64,000 bases of DNA, from the NCBI RefSeq assembly GCF_000006765.1, contig NC_002516.2; one strand, 5' to 3'. Below the pieces are notes generated by a model. That model was given only the letters and a program-made list of their open reading frames with translations. It searched no databases and was not told the DNA's origin. This document shows, piece after piece, positions 11,172 through 23,309 of the stretch. Position 1 is the first letter of the stretch; each line of letters starts with the position of its first letter. Source of the DNA: Pseudomonas aeruginosa PAO1 (lineage in GTDB: Bacteria > Pseudomonadota > Gammaproteobacteria > Pseudomonadales > Pseudomonadaceae). Made by a program: the position numbers and the translations under genes.

Positions 11172-12380
11172 ATGCAACCAGCCCTCAACGCCTTCACCGA
11201 GCAGCCAGCCGATACGGCCGAGGCCACCAGCCGCGCCGGCCTCGAGCAGGCCTTCGCGCTGTTCAACCAGATGTCCAGCCAGCTCAGCGAGTCCTACAGC
11301 CTGCTGGAGGAGCGCGTTACCGAGCTGAAAGGGCAACTGGCCCTGGTCAGCGCGCAGCGCATGGAGGAGCTGGCGGAAAAGGAGCGCCTGGCGAACCGCT
11401 TGCAGAGCCTGCTCGACCTGCTTCCCGGCGGCGTCATCGTCATCGATGCCCATGGCGTGGTCCGCGAGGCCAACCCGGCGGCCCTGGGCCTGCTTGGCGA
11501 GCCGTTGGTGGGCATGCTCTGGCGTGAGGTGATCGCCCGCTGCTTCGCTCCGCGCGAGGATGACGGTCACGAGATTTCCCTGCGCGACGGACGTCGCCTG
11601 TCCATCGCCACCCGCTCGCTGAATGGCGAACCGGGGCAACTGATCCTGCTCAACGACCTCACCGATACCCGCCGTCTCCAGGAGCAACTGGCGCGCCACG
11701 AGCGCCTGTCGGCGCTGGGGCGGATGGTCGCCTCGCTGGCCCACCAGATCCGCACGCCGTTGTCAGCGGCGTTGCTCTATGCCGGGCACCTCAGCGAGCA
11801 GGCGCTGCCGACCGACCAGCAGCAACGCTTCGCCGGGCGCCTGAAGGAGCGCCTGCACGAACTGGAGCATCAGGTACGCGACATGCTGGTGTTCGCCCGC
11901 GGCGAGCTGCCGCTGACCGACCGGGTGGCGCCGAAGGCGCTGTTCGACAGCCTGCGCGCGGCGGCCGAAGTCCATGTCCAGGGGCTCCAGGTGCGTTGGC
12001 AGTGCGAGGCGCGCGGCGGCGAGCTGCTGTGCAATCGCGACACCCTGGTGGGCACCGTGCTCAACCTGGTGGAGAACGCGATCCAGGCCTGCGGGCCCGA
12101 ACTGCGCCTGAAGGTGCATCTCTATGCCCGCGCCGACAGCCTGCGCCTCAGCGTCAGCGACAACGGACCGGGTATGGACCCGGCGACCCTGGCGCGCCTG
12201 GGCGAACCCTTCTTCACCACCAAGACCACCGGTACCGGGCTCGGCCTGGCGGTGGTCAAGGCCGTGGCGCGCGCCCACCAGGGGCAATTGCAGTTGCGCT
12301 CTCGGCCGGGGCGCGGCACCTGCGCCACCTTGATCCTGCCGCTGATTCCGGCGGCGCCTCTTTCTGCGATTCAGGAGTAA
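11172..12380 (+). CDS. fleS: Cytoplasmic PAS sensor histidine kinase FleS
   Basis: 402 aa; LAHQIRTPL H-box, NLVENA N-box, DNGPG and GTGLGL G-boxes. Confidence 0.98.
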   Translation: MQPALNAFTEQPADTAEATSRAGLEQAFALFNQMSSQLSESYSLLEERVTELKGQLALVSAQRMEELAEKERLANRLQSLLDLLPGGVIVIDAHGVVREANPAALGLLGEPLVGMLWREVIARCFAPREDDGHEISLRDGRRLSIATRSLNGEPGQLILLNDLTDTRRLQEQLARHERLSALGRMVASLAHQIRTPLSAALLYAGHLSEQALPTDQQQRFAGRLKERLHELEHQVRDMLVFARGELPLTDRVAPKALFDSLRAAAEVHVQGLQVRWQCEARGGELLCNRDTLVGTVLNLVENAIQACGPELRLKVHLYARADSLRLSVSDNGPGMDPATLARLGEPFFTTKTTGTGLGLAVVKAVARAHQGQLQLRSRPGRGTCATLILPLIPAAPLSAIQE

Positions 12381-12384
12381 CCCC

Positions 12385-13806
<1,422 letters not shown>

Positions 13807-13824
13807 GTGCTCGCCATGTTCCCC

Positions 13825-13848
13825 AGGCCCGCCTCGTGCGGGCCTTTT
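13825..13848 (+). terminator. Terminator-like hairpin after fleR
   Basis: AGGCCCGC-CTCGT-GCGGGCCT-TTT. Confidence 0.65.
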
Positions 13849-13977
13849 GCGTCCGCCGCCGGTCGTCGCCCGGGGCTGTTCGAGCGTGCGCGCCTGCCGA
13901 TAACCGGAGCAGGGACGGACCCTGCAGCGGTCGCGGGCATTGGCGGCGAACGCCGATGCCGGGCCTTGGGGCCGACT

Positions 13978-13992
13978 TGGCACCCTTGTTGC
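13978..13992 (+). promoter_or_regulatory. sigma54 promoter of fliEFGHIJ
   Basis: TGGCAC-CCTTG-TTGC (GG-N10-GC). Confidence 0.88.
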
Positions 13993-14019
13993 TAACTCCT
14001 CTGCAAAGTGCCGGGCGGC

Positions 14020-14033
14020 GTCAAAAAAGCCGC
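14020..14033 (+). promoter_or_regulatory. FleQ-box-like site in the fliE leader
   Basis: GTCAAAAAAGCCGC downstream of the sigma54 promoter; FleQ is known to bind leader regions of some flagellar promoters. Confidence 0.5.
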
Positions 14034-14052
14034 GGCTGTTGGAGGAAGAGTC

Positions 14053-14382
14053 ATGAGTCAGGGTGTCGAGTTCAATCGTCTGATGCTGGAAATGCGTTCC
14101 ATGCAAATGGAAGCCATGGCCAAGGCCAAACCGGTTCAGGCGCCGGCCGAAGTGGGGGCGCCGAGCTTTTCGGAAATGCTCTCCCAGGCCGTGGACAAGG
14201 TGAACGAGACCCAGCAGGCCTCCACCGCGATGGCCAACGCCTTCGAGGTCGGCCAGAGCGGCGTCGACCTGACCGACGTGATGATCGCCAGCCAGAAGGC
14301 CAGCGTGTCGTTCCAGGCCATGACCCAGGTGCGCAACAAGCTGGTCCAGGCCTACCAAGACATCATGCAGATGCCGGTCTGA
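14053..14382 (+). CDS. fliE: Hook-basal body protein FliE, 109 aa
   Basis: GGAGG SD then ATG 14053; [34 protein letters not shown]. Confidence 0.97.
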   Translation: MSQGVEFNRLMLEMRSMQMEAMAKAKPVQAPAEVGAPSFSEMLSQAVDKVNETQQASTAMANAFEVGQSGVDLTDVMIASQKASVSFQAMTQVRNKLVQAYQDIMQMPV

Positions 14383-14404
14383 GCGGCGCGAGGATAACTA
14401 GTTC

Positions 14405-16201
14405 ATGGCCGATGCACTGATCGACAGCCAGGTTCCCGCCAAGAGCGGCGGTGCCGGGATGCTGAAGAAATCCTTCCCGGGACTGTCGTTCCTCGACAAC
14501 CTTTCCGAGATGACCATGCTGCGCCAGATCGGCCTGCTGGTCGGTCTCGCCGCCAGCGTGGCGATCGGCTTCGCCGTCGTGCTCTGGTCCCAGCAGCCGG
14601 ACTACAAGCCGCTCTATGGCAGCCTCAACGGGGTCGACGCGAACCGTGTGGTGGAAGCGCTGACCGCGGCGGACATTCCCTACAAGGTCGAACCCAACTC
14701 CGGCGCGCTGCTGGTCAAGGCCGACGACCTCGGCCGGGCACGCATGAAGGTGGCCTCCGCCGGCGTGGCGCCGACCGACAACAACGTCGGTTTCGAGATC
14801 CTCGACAAGGAACAGGCGCTGGGCACCAGCCAGTTCATGGAAGCCACCAACTACCGCCGCGGCCTGGAAGGCGAGCTGGCGCGCACCGTGTCGAGCCTGA
14901 ACAACGTCAAGGCCGCCCGCGTGCACCTGGCGATCCCGAAGAGTTCGGTGTTCGTCCGCGACGACCGCAAGCCCAGCGCCTCGGTGCTGGTCGAGCTGTA
15001 TCCGGGGCGCAGCCTGGAGCCGAGCCAGGTGATGGCGATCGTCAACCTGGTCGCCACCAGTGTGCCGGAGCTGGACAAGTCGCAGGTCACCGTGGTCGAC
15101 CAGAAGGGCAACCTGCTCTCCGACCAGCAGGAACTCTCCGAGCTGACCATGGCCGGCAAGCAGTTCGACTTCACCCGGCGCATGGAAGGCCTGCTCACCC
15201 AGCGCGTGCACAATATCCTGCAACCGGTGCTGGGCAACGGTCGCTACAAGGCCGAGGTGTCCGCCGACGTTGACTTCAGCGCGGTCGAGTCGACCTCGGA
15301 GATGTACAACCCGGACCAGCCGGCCCTGCGCAGCGAGCAACGCAACAACGAGGAACGGCAGAATTCGTCCGGCCCGCAGGGCGTGCCGGGGGCGCTGTCG
15401 AACCAGCCCCCGGGCCCGGCCAGCGCGCCGCAGCAGGCCACCGCCAGCGCGCCGGCCGACTACGTCGCGCCGGGCCAGCCGCTGAAGGACGCCAACGGCC
15501 AGACCATCATCGATCCGAAGACCGGCAAGCCGGAGCTGGCGCCGTACCCGACCGACAAGCGCGACCAGACCACCCGCAACTACGAACTGGACCGCTCGAT
15601 CAGCTACACCAAGCAGCAGCAGGGGCGCTTGCGCCGACTGTCGGTGGCGGTGGTGCTGGACGACCAGATGAAGGTCGACGCGAAGACCGGCGAGGTCAGC
15701 CACCAGCCCTGGAGCGCCGACGAACTGGCGCGCTTCACCCGCCTGGTACAGGATTCGGTGGGCTACGACGCCAGCCGCGGCGACAGCGTCAGCGTGATCA
15801 ACGCGCCGTTCGCCCCGGCCCAGGCCGAAGAGATCGACAGCATTCCGTTCTACTCGCAGCCGTGGTTCTGGGACATCGTCAAGCAGGTGCTCGGCGTGCT
15901 GTTCATCCTGGTCCTGGTGTTCGGTGTGCTGCGTCCGGTGCTGAGCAACATCACCGGCGGCGGCAAGGGCAAGTCGCTGGCCGGCGGCGGCGGTCGCGAC
16001 GGCGACCTGGCGCTGGGCGAGAGTGGCCTGGAAGGCTCGCTGGCCGACGACCGGGTGAGCATCGGCGGGCCGTCGAGCATCCTCCTGCCGAGCCCCACGG
16101 AGGGGTATGATGCGCAATTGAACGCGATCAAGAACCTGGTCGCACAGGACCCGGGCCGCGTCGCCCAGGTCGTGAAAGAGTGGATCAACGCCGATGAGTA
16201 A
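14405..16201 (+). CDS. fliF: MS-ring protein FliF
   Basis: 598 aa; two TM segments, ALEGELARTI-like motif, ARVHLAIPK. Confidence 0.98.
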   Translation: MADALIDSQVPAKSGGAGMLKKSFPGLSFLDNLSEMTMLRQIGLLVGLAASVAIGFAVVLWSQQPDYKPLYGSLNGVDANRVVEALTAADIPYKVEPNSGALLVKADDLGRARMKVASAGVAPTDNNVGFEILDKEQALGTSQFMEATNYRRGLEGELARTVSSLNNVKAARVHLAIPKSSVFVRDDRKPSASVLVELYPGRSLEPSQVMAIVNLVATSVPELDKSQVTVVDQKGNLLSDQQELSELTMAGKQFDFTRRMEGLLTQRVHNILQPVLGNGRYKAEVSADVDFSAVESTSEMYNPDQPALRSEQRNNEERQNSSGPQGVPGALSNQPPGPASAPQQATASAPADYVAPGQPLKDANGQTIIDPKTGKPELAPYPTDKRDQTTRNYELDRSISYTKQQQGRLRRLSVAVVLDDQMKVDAKTGEVSHQPWSADELARFTRLVQDSVGYDASRGDSVSVINAPFAPAQAEEIDSIPFYSQPWFWDIVKQVLGVLFILVLVFGVLRPVLSNITGGGKGKSLAGGGGRDGDLALGESGLEGSLADDRVSIGGPSSILLPSPTEGYDAQLNAIKNLVAQDPGRVAQVVKEWINADE

Positions 16202-16206
16202 GCGCC

Positions 16207-17223
16207 ATGAGTGAGAATCGTCTCGCCGCCAAACTGACCAAGGTCGACAAGGCCGCCATCCTGCTCCTGTCGCTCGGCGAGACCGACGCGGCGCAGGTGC
16301 TGCGGCACATGGGACCGAAAGAGGTGCAGCGGGTCGGCGTGGCCATGGCGTCGATGCGCAACGTGCATCGCGAACAGGTCGAGCAGGTGATGGGCGAGTT
16401 CGTCGAAGTGGTCGGCGACCAGACCAGCCTCGGCGTCGGTGCCGACGGCTACATCCGCAAGATGCTCACCCAGGCCCTCGGCGAGGACAAGGCCAACAAC
16501 CTGATCGACCGCATCCTCCTCGGCGGCAGCACCAGCGGCCTGGACAGCCTGAAGTGGATGGAGCCGCGTGCCGTGGCCGACGTGATCCGTTACGAACACC
16601 CGCAGATCCAGGCCATCGTGGTCGCCTACCTCGATCCCGACCAGGCCGCCGAGGTGCTCAGCCATTTCGACCACAAGGTGCGCCTGGATATCGTCCTGCG
16701 CGTCTCCTCGCTGAACACCGTGCAGCCCTCGGCGCTGAAGGAACTCAACCTGATCCTGGAGAAGCAGTTCGCCGGCAATTCCAACGCCACCCGCACCACC
16801 ATGGGCGGGGTCAAGCGCGCGGCGGACATCATGAACTACCTCGACAGCTCCATCGAAGGCCAGCTGATGGATTCGATCCGCGAGGTCGACGAAGACCTGT
16901 CCGGACAGATCGAGGACCTGATGTTCGTCTTCGACAACCTCGCCGACGTCGACGACCGCGGCATCCAGGCGCTGCTCCGGGAAGTCTCCTCGGACGTACT
17001 GGTGCTGGCGCTCAAGGGCTCCGACGAGGCGATCCGCGAGAAGGTCTTCAAGAACATGTCCAAGCGTGCCGCCGAGCTGCTGCGCGACGACCTGGAGGCC
17101 AAGGGGCCGGTACGGGTCAGCGAAGTGGAAGGTGCGCAGAAGGAAATCCTCACCATTGCCCGGCGCATGGCCGAGTCCGGCGATATCGTGCTGGGCGGCA
17201 AGGGTGGCGAGGAGATGATCTGA
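16207..17223 (+). CDS. fliG: Motor switch protein FliG
   Basis: 338 aa; KAAILLLSLGE, EHPQ and MFVFDNL motifs. Confidence 0.98.
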   Translation: MSENRLAAKLTKVDKAAILLLSLGETDAAQVLRHMGPKEVQRVGVAMASMRNVHREQVEQVMGEFVEVVGDQTSLGVGADGYIRKMLTQALGEDKANNLIDRILLGGSTSGLDSLKWMEPRAVADVIRYEHPQIQAIVVAYLDPDQAAEVLSHFDHKVRLDIVLRVSSLNTVQPSALKELNLILEKQFAGNSNATRTTMGGVKRAADIMNYLDSSIEGQLMDSIREVDEDLSGQIEDLMFVFDNLADVDDRGIQALLREVSSDVLVLALKGSDEAIREKVFKNMSKRAAELLRDDLEAKGPVRVSEVEGAQKEILTIARRMAESGDIVLGGKGGEEMI

Positions 17224-17224
17224 G

Positions 17225-18031
17225 GTGGTCCCCCACGACAAGGACAAAGACAATCCCAGCGAACTGATCCGCGGCAAGGACGTGGCGGCCTTCGGCCTCT
17301 GGTCGTTGCCGAGCTTCGACGAGCCGCGCGACGAGCCGGCCGTTGCCGCGCCGCAGGTGCCCGCGGTCGCCGAACCCGCGCCGGCGCCGCCGGCAGTGGA
17401 AGAGGTCGAGCTGGAGACCGTCAAGCCGCCGACGCTGGAGGAGATCGAGGCGATCCGCCAGGACGCCTACAACGAAGGCTTCGCCACCGGCGAGCGCGAC
17501 GGTTTCCACGCCGGCCAGTTGAAGGCGCGGCAGGAAGCCGAGGAGGCGCTGAAGGAGCGTCTGCAAAGTCTCGAGCGTCTGATGACGCAGCTTCTGGAAC
17601 CCATCGCCGAGCAGGACGCCCTGATCGAGCAGGGCATGGTCAACCTGGTCAACCACGTTGCCCGCCAAGTGATCCAGCGCGAACTGCACATGGACTCCAG
17701 CCATGTCCGCCAGGTCCTGCGCGAGGCTCTGAAGCTGCTGCCGATGGGCGCGGCGAACATCCGTATCCATGTCAACCCGCAGGACTTCGAGCGGGTCAAG
17801 GCGCTGCGCGAGCGCCACGAAGAGAGCTGGCGGATTCTCGAGGACGATTCGTTGCTGCCCGGCGGCTGCCGCATCGAGACCGAGCACAGTCGCATCGACG
17901 CGACCATCGAGACGCGCCTGGCGCAGGCAGTGAAGCAACTGTTCGAGCAACAGCGCGAACAGGCGACCCATCCGCTGGCCAGCGACATCCGGATCGACCT
18001 CGACGCCCCCGGAGACGTCGATGCGCCTTGA
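17225..18031 (+). CDS. fliH: Flagellar assembly protein FliH
   Basis: 268 aa, GTG start; GxxxG repeats ([17 protein letters not shown]), GGCRIET. Confidence 0.95.
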   Translation: MVPHDKDKDNPSELIRGKDVAAFGLWSLPSFDEPRDEPAVAAPQVPAVAEPAPAPPAVEEVELETVKPPTLEEIEAIRQDAYNEGFATGERDGFHAGQLKARQEAEEALKERLQSLERLMTQLLEPIAEQDALIEQGMVNLVNHVARQVIQRELHMDSSHVRQVLREALKLLPMGAANIRIHVNPQDFERVKALRERHEESWRILEDDSLLPGGCRIETEHSRIDATIETRLAQAVKQLFEQQREQATHPLASDIRIDLDAPGDVDAP

Positions 18032-19376
18032 GCGAACCAGTTTCGCCAGGCGCCTGGAGGGCTACACCGAGGCTGTCTCGCTGCCGGCGCAGCCGGTGGT
18101 CGAGGGCCGCCTGCTGCGCATGGTCGGCCTGACCCTCGAAGCCGAAGGCTTGCAGGCCGCGGTCGGCAGCCGCTGCAACGTGATCAACGAAAGCGGCTAC
18201 CACCCGGTGCAGGTGGAGGCCGAAGTGATGGGCTTTTCCGGTAGCAAGGTGTACCTGATGCCGGTCGGCAGCCTCGCCGGCATCGCGCCCGGCGCGCGGG
18301 TCGTGCCGCTGCCGGACACCGGGCGCCTGCCGATGGGCATGTCGATGCTCGGCCGCGTGCTCGACGGCGCCGGCCGCGCCCTCGACGGCAAGGGCGGGAT
18401 GCGCGCCGAAGACTGGGTGCCGATGGACGGCCCGACGATCAACCCGCTCAAGCGCCACCCGATCAGCGAACCTCTCGACGTCGGCATCCGCTCGATCAAT
18501 GGCCTGCTCACGGTCGGCCGCGGCCAGCGCCTCGGCCTGTTCGCCGGTACCGGGGTGGGCAAGTCGGTGCTGCTGGGGATGATGACCCGCTTCACCAGGG
18601 CCGACATCATCGTCGTCGGTCTGATCGGCGAGCGGGGCCGCGAGGTGAAGGAGTTCATCGACGAGATCCTCGGCGAGGAAGGCCTCAAGCGCTCCGTGGT
18701 GGTCGCCTCGCCGGCCGACGACGCGCCGCTGATGCGCCTGCGTGCCGCGCAATACTGCACGCGGATCGCCGAGTATTTCCGCGACAAGGGCAAGAACGTA
18801 TTGCTGCTGATGGACTCGCTGACCCGCTACGCCCAGGCCCAGCGCGAGATCGCCCTGGCCATCGGCGAGCCACCGGCGACCAAGGGGTATCCGCCATCGG
18901 TGTTCGCCAAGCTGCCGAAGCTGGTGGAACGCGCCGGCAATGCCGAAGCCGGTGGCGGCTCGATCACCGCGTTCTACACCGTGCTCTCCGAGGGCGACGA
19001 CCAGCAGGACCCGATCGCCGACGCCGCTCGCGGCGTGCTCGACGGGCACTTCGTATTGTCCCGGCGGCTGGCCGAGGAAGGCCACTATCCGGCCATCGAT
19101 ATCGAAGCTTCGATCAGCCGGGTGATGCCGCAGGTGGTCGAGGCCGAGCACCTGCGCGACGCCCAGCGCTTCAAGCAGCTCTGGTCGCGCTACCAGCAGA
19201 GTCGCGACCTGATCAGCGTCGGTGCCTACGTGGCCGGCGGCGATCCCGAGACCGACCTGGCCATCGCGCGCTTCCCGGTCATGCGCCAGTTCCTGCGCCA
19301 GGGCCTTGACGAAAGCGAAAGCCTGGCGGAAAGCCGTGCGCGGCTGGCGAGCCTGCTCGCCGGCGGGCAGGCCTGA
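18021..19376 (+). CDS. fliI: Flagellar export ATPase FliI
   Basis: 451 aa; AGTGVGKS Walker [13 protein letters not shown]. Confidence 0.98.
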   Translation: MRLERTSFARRLEGYTEAVSLPAQPVVEGRLLRMVGLTLEAEGLQAAVGSRCNVINESGYHPVQVEAEVMGFSGSKVYLMPVGSLAGIAPGARVVPLPDTGRLPMGMSMLGRVLDGAGRALDGKGGMRAEDWVPMDGPTINPLKRHPISEPLDVGIRSINGLLTVGRGQRLGLFAGTGVGKSVLLGMMTRFTRADIIVVGLIGERGREVKEFIDEILGEEGLKRSVVVASPADDAPLMRLRAAQYCTRIAEYFRDKGKNVLLLMDSLTRYAQAQREIALAIGEPPATKGYPPSVFAKLPKLVERAGNAEAGGGSITAFYTVLSEGDDQQDPIADAARGVLDGHFVLSRRLAEEGHYPAIDIEASISRVMPQVVEAEHLRDAQRFKQLWSRYQQSRDLISVGAYVAGGDPETDLAIARFPVMRQFLRQGLDESESLAESRARLASLLAGGQA

Positions 19377-19389
19377 GGCGCGCTGAGGC

Positions 19390-19833
19390 ATGGAGAAGCG
19401 CGCGGCGCGGCTGGCGCCGGTGGTGGACATGGCCAGCAAGGCCGAGCGGGATGCCGCGACCCAGCTGGGCAGGTGCCAGCAGCAATTGCTCGCGGCACAG
19501 CAGAAGCTGGCGGAGCTGGAGCGCTACCGCAACGACTACCAGCAGCAATGGATCAGCCAGGGCCAGAAGGGCGTCAGCGGCCAGTGGCTGATGAACTACC
19601 AGCGCTTCCTCTCGCAACTGGAGACCGCCGTCGCCCAGCAGGCCAACAGCGTGACCTGGCACCGCGAGGCGGTGGACAAGGCGCGGCTCAACTGGCAGGA
19701 GAGATACGCCCGCCTGGAAGGGCTGCGCAAGCTGGTCGAGCGCTACCTGGAAGAGGCGCGCCAGGCCGAGGACAAGCGCGAGCAGAAACAGCTCGACGAA
19801 CTCGCCCAGCGTACCCGCCGCCAGGACGACTGA
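19390..19833 (+). CDS. fliJ: Flagellar export protein FliJ
   Basis: 147-aa coiled coil ending EQKQLDE, after fliI. Confidence 0.95.
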   Translation: MEKRAARLAPVVDMASKAERDAATQLGRCQQQLLAAQQKLAELERYRNDYQQQWISQGQKGVSGQWLMNYQRFLSQLETAVAQQANSVTWHREAVDKARLNWQERYARLEGLRKLVERYLEEARQAEDKREQKQLDELAQRTRRQDD

Positions 19834-19837
19834 CGAC

Positions 19838-20551
19838 TCAGAAGAACGGACGCGACGCCTTCAGCATGAATGTGGTGTCGCAGTAGCTGTTGTGTCCCGA
19901 GTAGGCGCTGCAATCGCTGCCGGTCAGGCTGGTGCCGCTGTAGGACAGGTTCAGGTCGATGCCCAGCCAGGGCCGCGAGAGGTTCACCGACCAGTCGTTG
20001 AAGACGCTCACGTAGCCCCCGCCGCTGAGGCTCGCCGGGTTGTCCAGGCGATGGTTGCCGTACTTCAGGGTGACGTCGAAACCGAACGGCGGGTTGACCC
20101 CGAGGTCGGCGAACAGGGTGGTGTCGTTGCGCCCCGGGTCGCTGCTCAGGGCCGCGCCGAGCCGGCTGCCGAAGATCGACAGGCCGCCGTAGAGTTCGGC
20201 TGCGTCGTTGGCCGGCTGCTCCGGGCGGCTGTAGCGGATCAGGCCCATTTCGTAGCCCAGGCGGTTGTTCAGCGGGCGCTTGAAGCCGGCGTAGGAGTCG
20301 ATCTCGGTGGGCTTGCCGGGGTCGAGGTTGGAGGTCCAGTTGCCGATGTACCAGCCACTTTCGTGGCTTAGGTCGAGGCCGCCGTGGAAACTGCCGGAAC
20401 TGCCCGGGGTGACCAGGCCCTGGGCCATGCTGCGGGTCGGACTGGTGGCCAGCTTGAGTTCGAAATCGCCCAGGTCGCGGGCCATCACCTGGGCCAGGGC
20501 CGAGGAACTGGCGAGCAGGGCACAGGTGAGCACGAGCAGGTGCTTGAGCAT
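19838..20551 (-). CDS. TorF-family putative outer-membrane porin
   Basis: ATG 20551 gives a Sec signal (MLKHLLVLTCALLASSSALA); HESGWYIGNW and EIDSYAGF motifs; C-terminal Phe. Confidence 0.75.
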   Translation of the reverse strand: MLKHLLVLTCALLASSSALAQVMARDLGDFELKLATSPTRSMAQGLVTPGSSGSFHGGLDLSHESGWYIGNWTSNLDPGKPTEIDSYAGFKRPLNNRLGYEMGLIRYSRPEQPANDAAELYGGLSIFGSRLGAALSSDPGRNDTTLFADLGVNPPFGFDVTLKYGNHRLDNPASLSGGGYVSVFNDWSVNLSRPWLGIDLNLSYSGTSLTGSDCSAYSGHNSYCDTTFMLKASRPFF

Positions 20552-20749
20552 GGTTCTCCCCTGGTAATGCGGACAACGGCGCTGCGCCGGTCTTCCCGCA
20601 CGACGCCAACGGCAAGGCCGCGGCATGGGGCCGGGCGAGGTCGGGCAGGTCGGAAGGGCAGGAAGAGCGGCGAGCTAGAGCGCCACGGACCATCTTAACC
20701 AAGGTTCGGGCGGCTGACCGACCGCTCGTCAGGGCCGGCCGATCAATTG

Positions 20750-21946
20750 TTACCGCAGGCTTTCCGCGAGGCTGGCCAGGCGAATCACTTCCACCCGGTT
20801 GCGACCGCTGCTCTTGGCCCGGTAGAGAGCCTGGTCGGCGGCGCTGTAGAGCTGCTCGTAGCTGGCCTGGCCGCCTCCGTCGAGGCTGGCCACGCCGAAG
20901 CTGGCGGTCAGGCAGAGCACGCCGTCCTGCGTCGCCAGCGGGGTACCTTCGAGGCGTTCGCGGAGTTTTTCCGCAAGGCTGCGAGCCTGCTGCTCGGCGG
21001 TGTCGGGCAGGAGCAGGAGGAATTCTTCCCCGCCCAGGCGCGCCACGCTGTCGCTGCTACGGGTATTGCCGCGCAGCAGGTTGGCGGCATGGCGGATGAC
21101 CTCGTCGCCGAAGGGGTGCCCATAGCGGTCGTTGATGTACTTGAAGTGATCCAGGTCGACCATCAGCAGGCTCAGCGGCTGCGGTTGGCGAGCGATGCGC
21201 GCGAGCTCCATGAGCACCAACTGGTCGAACTCGCGACGATTGAACAGGCCGGTCAGGGGGTCGTGACCGGCCAGGTACTCCAACTGGCGATTCTTCTCCT
21301 CCAGCTCCTGCCGCTGCAACTCCAGCTTGCGTTGCTGGCGCAGGTTGCGCACGTGGCCGTGCCAGAGGATCAGCGACAGCAGCAGGCCGAGGCCGAACGC
21401 GGTGAGGCCGTTGGCCTGGTTCGACAGGCGCAGTTGCGGGTCGGCCTGGGCGTGGTCCATCGCCACCTCGAAGGCCAGCATCGCCAGACCGTAGAAGGGC
21501 ACCGCGTAGGCCGGGCGGATCAGGATGAACATGGCGCAGGCGAAACAGGCCAGCAGCAGCGGCGTGATGTTGCTGGTGATGCGCTGGTCGATGCAGGCGA
21601 TGGCGACGCCGAAGCCTATGATCCCTGCGCCGCCCAGCAGGATCAGCAGGCGCATGCGCCACAGCTTGGGCGGCTGGCGGCGCAGCCATAGCGCGAGCAG
21701 GCCGATGCCGCCGAAGAGCAGGGCCATGGCGCCATGGGCGTACATGATTTCCTGGCGCCAGAGCTGATGGCCGAGGTCCGGGCGGAAGTCCTTGAGGGAA
21801 AACACCAGGATGTGGATCAGGTTGAAGGGGACGGTCAGCAGCGCGAGGTGGGTCAGACGCGAGAGATTCTCCAGGGCGATGGGAAGGGCCAGGGACGAAT
21901 TCACCTCGATGGCGTGCTGGATCGATTCGAGCGTCGTTCTGGCCAC
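20750..21946 (-). CDS. roeA: Membrane diguanylate cyclase RoeA
   Basis: 398 aa; multiple TM helices, RLGGEEF active site, RSSD I-site. Confidence 0.88.
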   Translation of the reverse strand: MARTTLESIQHAIEVNSSLALPIALENLSRLTHLALLTVPFNLIHILVFSLKDFRPDLGHQLWRQEIMYAHGAMALLFGGIGLLALWLRRQPPKLWRMRLLILLGGAGIIGFGVAIACIDQRITSNITPLLLACFACAMFILIRPAYAVPFYGLAMLAFEVAMDHAQADPQLRLSNQANGLTAFGLGLLLSLILWHGHVRNLRQQRKLELQRQELEEKNRQLEYLAGHDPLTGLFNRREFDQLVLMELARIARQPQPLSLLMVDLDHFKYINDRYGHPFGDEVIRHAANLLRGNTRSSDSVARLGGEEFLLLLPDTAEQQARSLAEKLRERLEGTPLATQDGVLCLTASFGVASLDGGGQASYEQLYSAADQALYRAKSSGRNRVEVIRLASLAESLR

Positions 21947-22062
21947 GTTCTGCGGGTCCGCATGGGCGCTGTGCCATCACAGCATAGCAGCGTCGCGACG
22001 GCCGCCCTATCCGGCTTTCCGGGCCGGTCGTCCGGTTTGCACGGGCGTACCTGGCGCCGCTT

Positions 22063-23220
22063 TCATTCCGGCAGCCGCCTGGCCAGCAGCAGTGCGACCA
22101 GGCCCAGCAGGCTCCAGTACGCGGCCAGCGGCCAGGGACGGTCGAACGGTAGCAGGGTGGACGCGCCCAGTCCGAGGCCGATCAGCAGGTAGTAGGCGAG
22201 CCCGAACAGGGCTCCGGCGCGTCCCCGGCAATCGTCGTAGGCGTGCAGCGCCGGACCCAGCAGGTTGGGAATCGCCACGCCGAAGCCGATGAAGATCGGC
22301 AGGGCTGGCAGCGCCCAGTACAGGCCTTCGGCGTATCCGACGGCGGCCAACAGCGTCTGCGCTGTCGCGCCGGCGGCCGCCAGCGCTAGGCCCAGGCGTA
22401 CCCGGCGAGCGCTGTTCCAGGTGCGCGGCAGGCGTCGGTTGAGCAAGGCGCCGAGGCTCCCGGCAATGGCGATGGCCAGGCCGATCCAGCCGAAGCCCAG
22501 GCCGGGCAGGTCGCCGACCATGAACGGCCCGGCGGCGTAGAAGGAGAACACCAGCACATTGAGCACCGCCACCAGCAGTGCGCGCGTTTGTAGCGGGCGG
22601 TCGGCCAGGACCCGTCGGAAGATCGCCAGGGTCGCGGGCTCGGGCGTGCCCGCCAGCAGCGGACGGGTTTCCGGCCAGGCCGGGACGACCAGCGCCGCCA
22701 GCGAGGCGAGCAGCACCGCCAGGGTGGCGAACACCGCCGGGTGCCCGCCGAGGTCGGCCAGCCACTGGCCGCCGAGGGGGCCGACTGCCGGCGACCAGGC
22801 CAGCACCGCGCCGAGCGTGACGAAATAGCTCATCAACGCCGGGCCTTGCAGCACATCGCGCAGGCTGGCCTGCACCGTCACCGAGCAGGTCGCCAGGCCG
22901 AGGCCCTGGACCAGGCGACAGGCAAGCAGGTAGGAATAGTCGGTACTGGCCCAGGCACCGAAGGTCGCCAGGGCCGCCAGGCCGAGCCCGCCGAGCAGAG
23001 CCGGGCGCCGGCCGAGGCGGTCGGCCAGCCAGCCCCAGAGCCAGATGCCGGGGGCGAAACCGACGAAGAACAGCGCCATGGTCCACTGGCTGGTAGCGTC
23101 GTCCAGTCGCCAGTGGCTGGCCAGGGCCGGCAGCGCGGGGGAAAGGATGGTTTCGGCGACTTGCGGCAGGGCTAGCAGGGCGAGCACCAGCAGCAGGGGA
23201 GGGCGAGGACGGTCAGGCAT
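22063..23220 (-). CDS. Bcr/CflA-like MFS efflux transporter
   Basis: About 12 TM helices; LADRLGRRP MFS motif A; divergent from an AraC gene. Confidence 0.88.
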   Translation of the reverse strand: MPDRPRPPLLLVLALLALPQVAETILSPALPALASHWRLDDATSQWTMALFFVGFAPGIWLWGWLADRLGRRPALLGGLGLAALATFGAWASTDYSYLLACRLVQGLGLATCSVTVQASLRDVLQGPALMSYFVTLGAVLAWSPAVGPLGGQWLADLGGHPAVFATLAVLLASLAALVVPAWPETRPLLAGTPEPATLAIFRRVLADRPLQTRALLVAVLNVLVFSFYAAGPFMVGDLPGLGFGWIGLAIAIAGSLGALLNRRLPRTWNSARRVRLGLALAAAGATAQTLLAAVGYAEGLYWALPALPIFIGFGVAIPNLLGPALHAYDDCRGRAGALFGLAYYLLIGLGLGASTLLPFDRPWPLAAYWSLLGLVALLLARRLPE

Positions 23221-23309
23221 GATGGCTCCGGAAAAAAGAGCCAAGCCTAGGCCGCCTGCGCCTGGCAGAATGCTGCGGTCAGGACGGAAAACATCGCGAA
23301 GAGGACAAG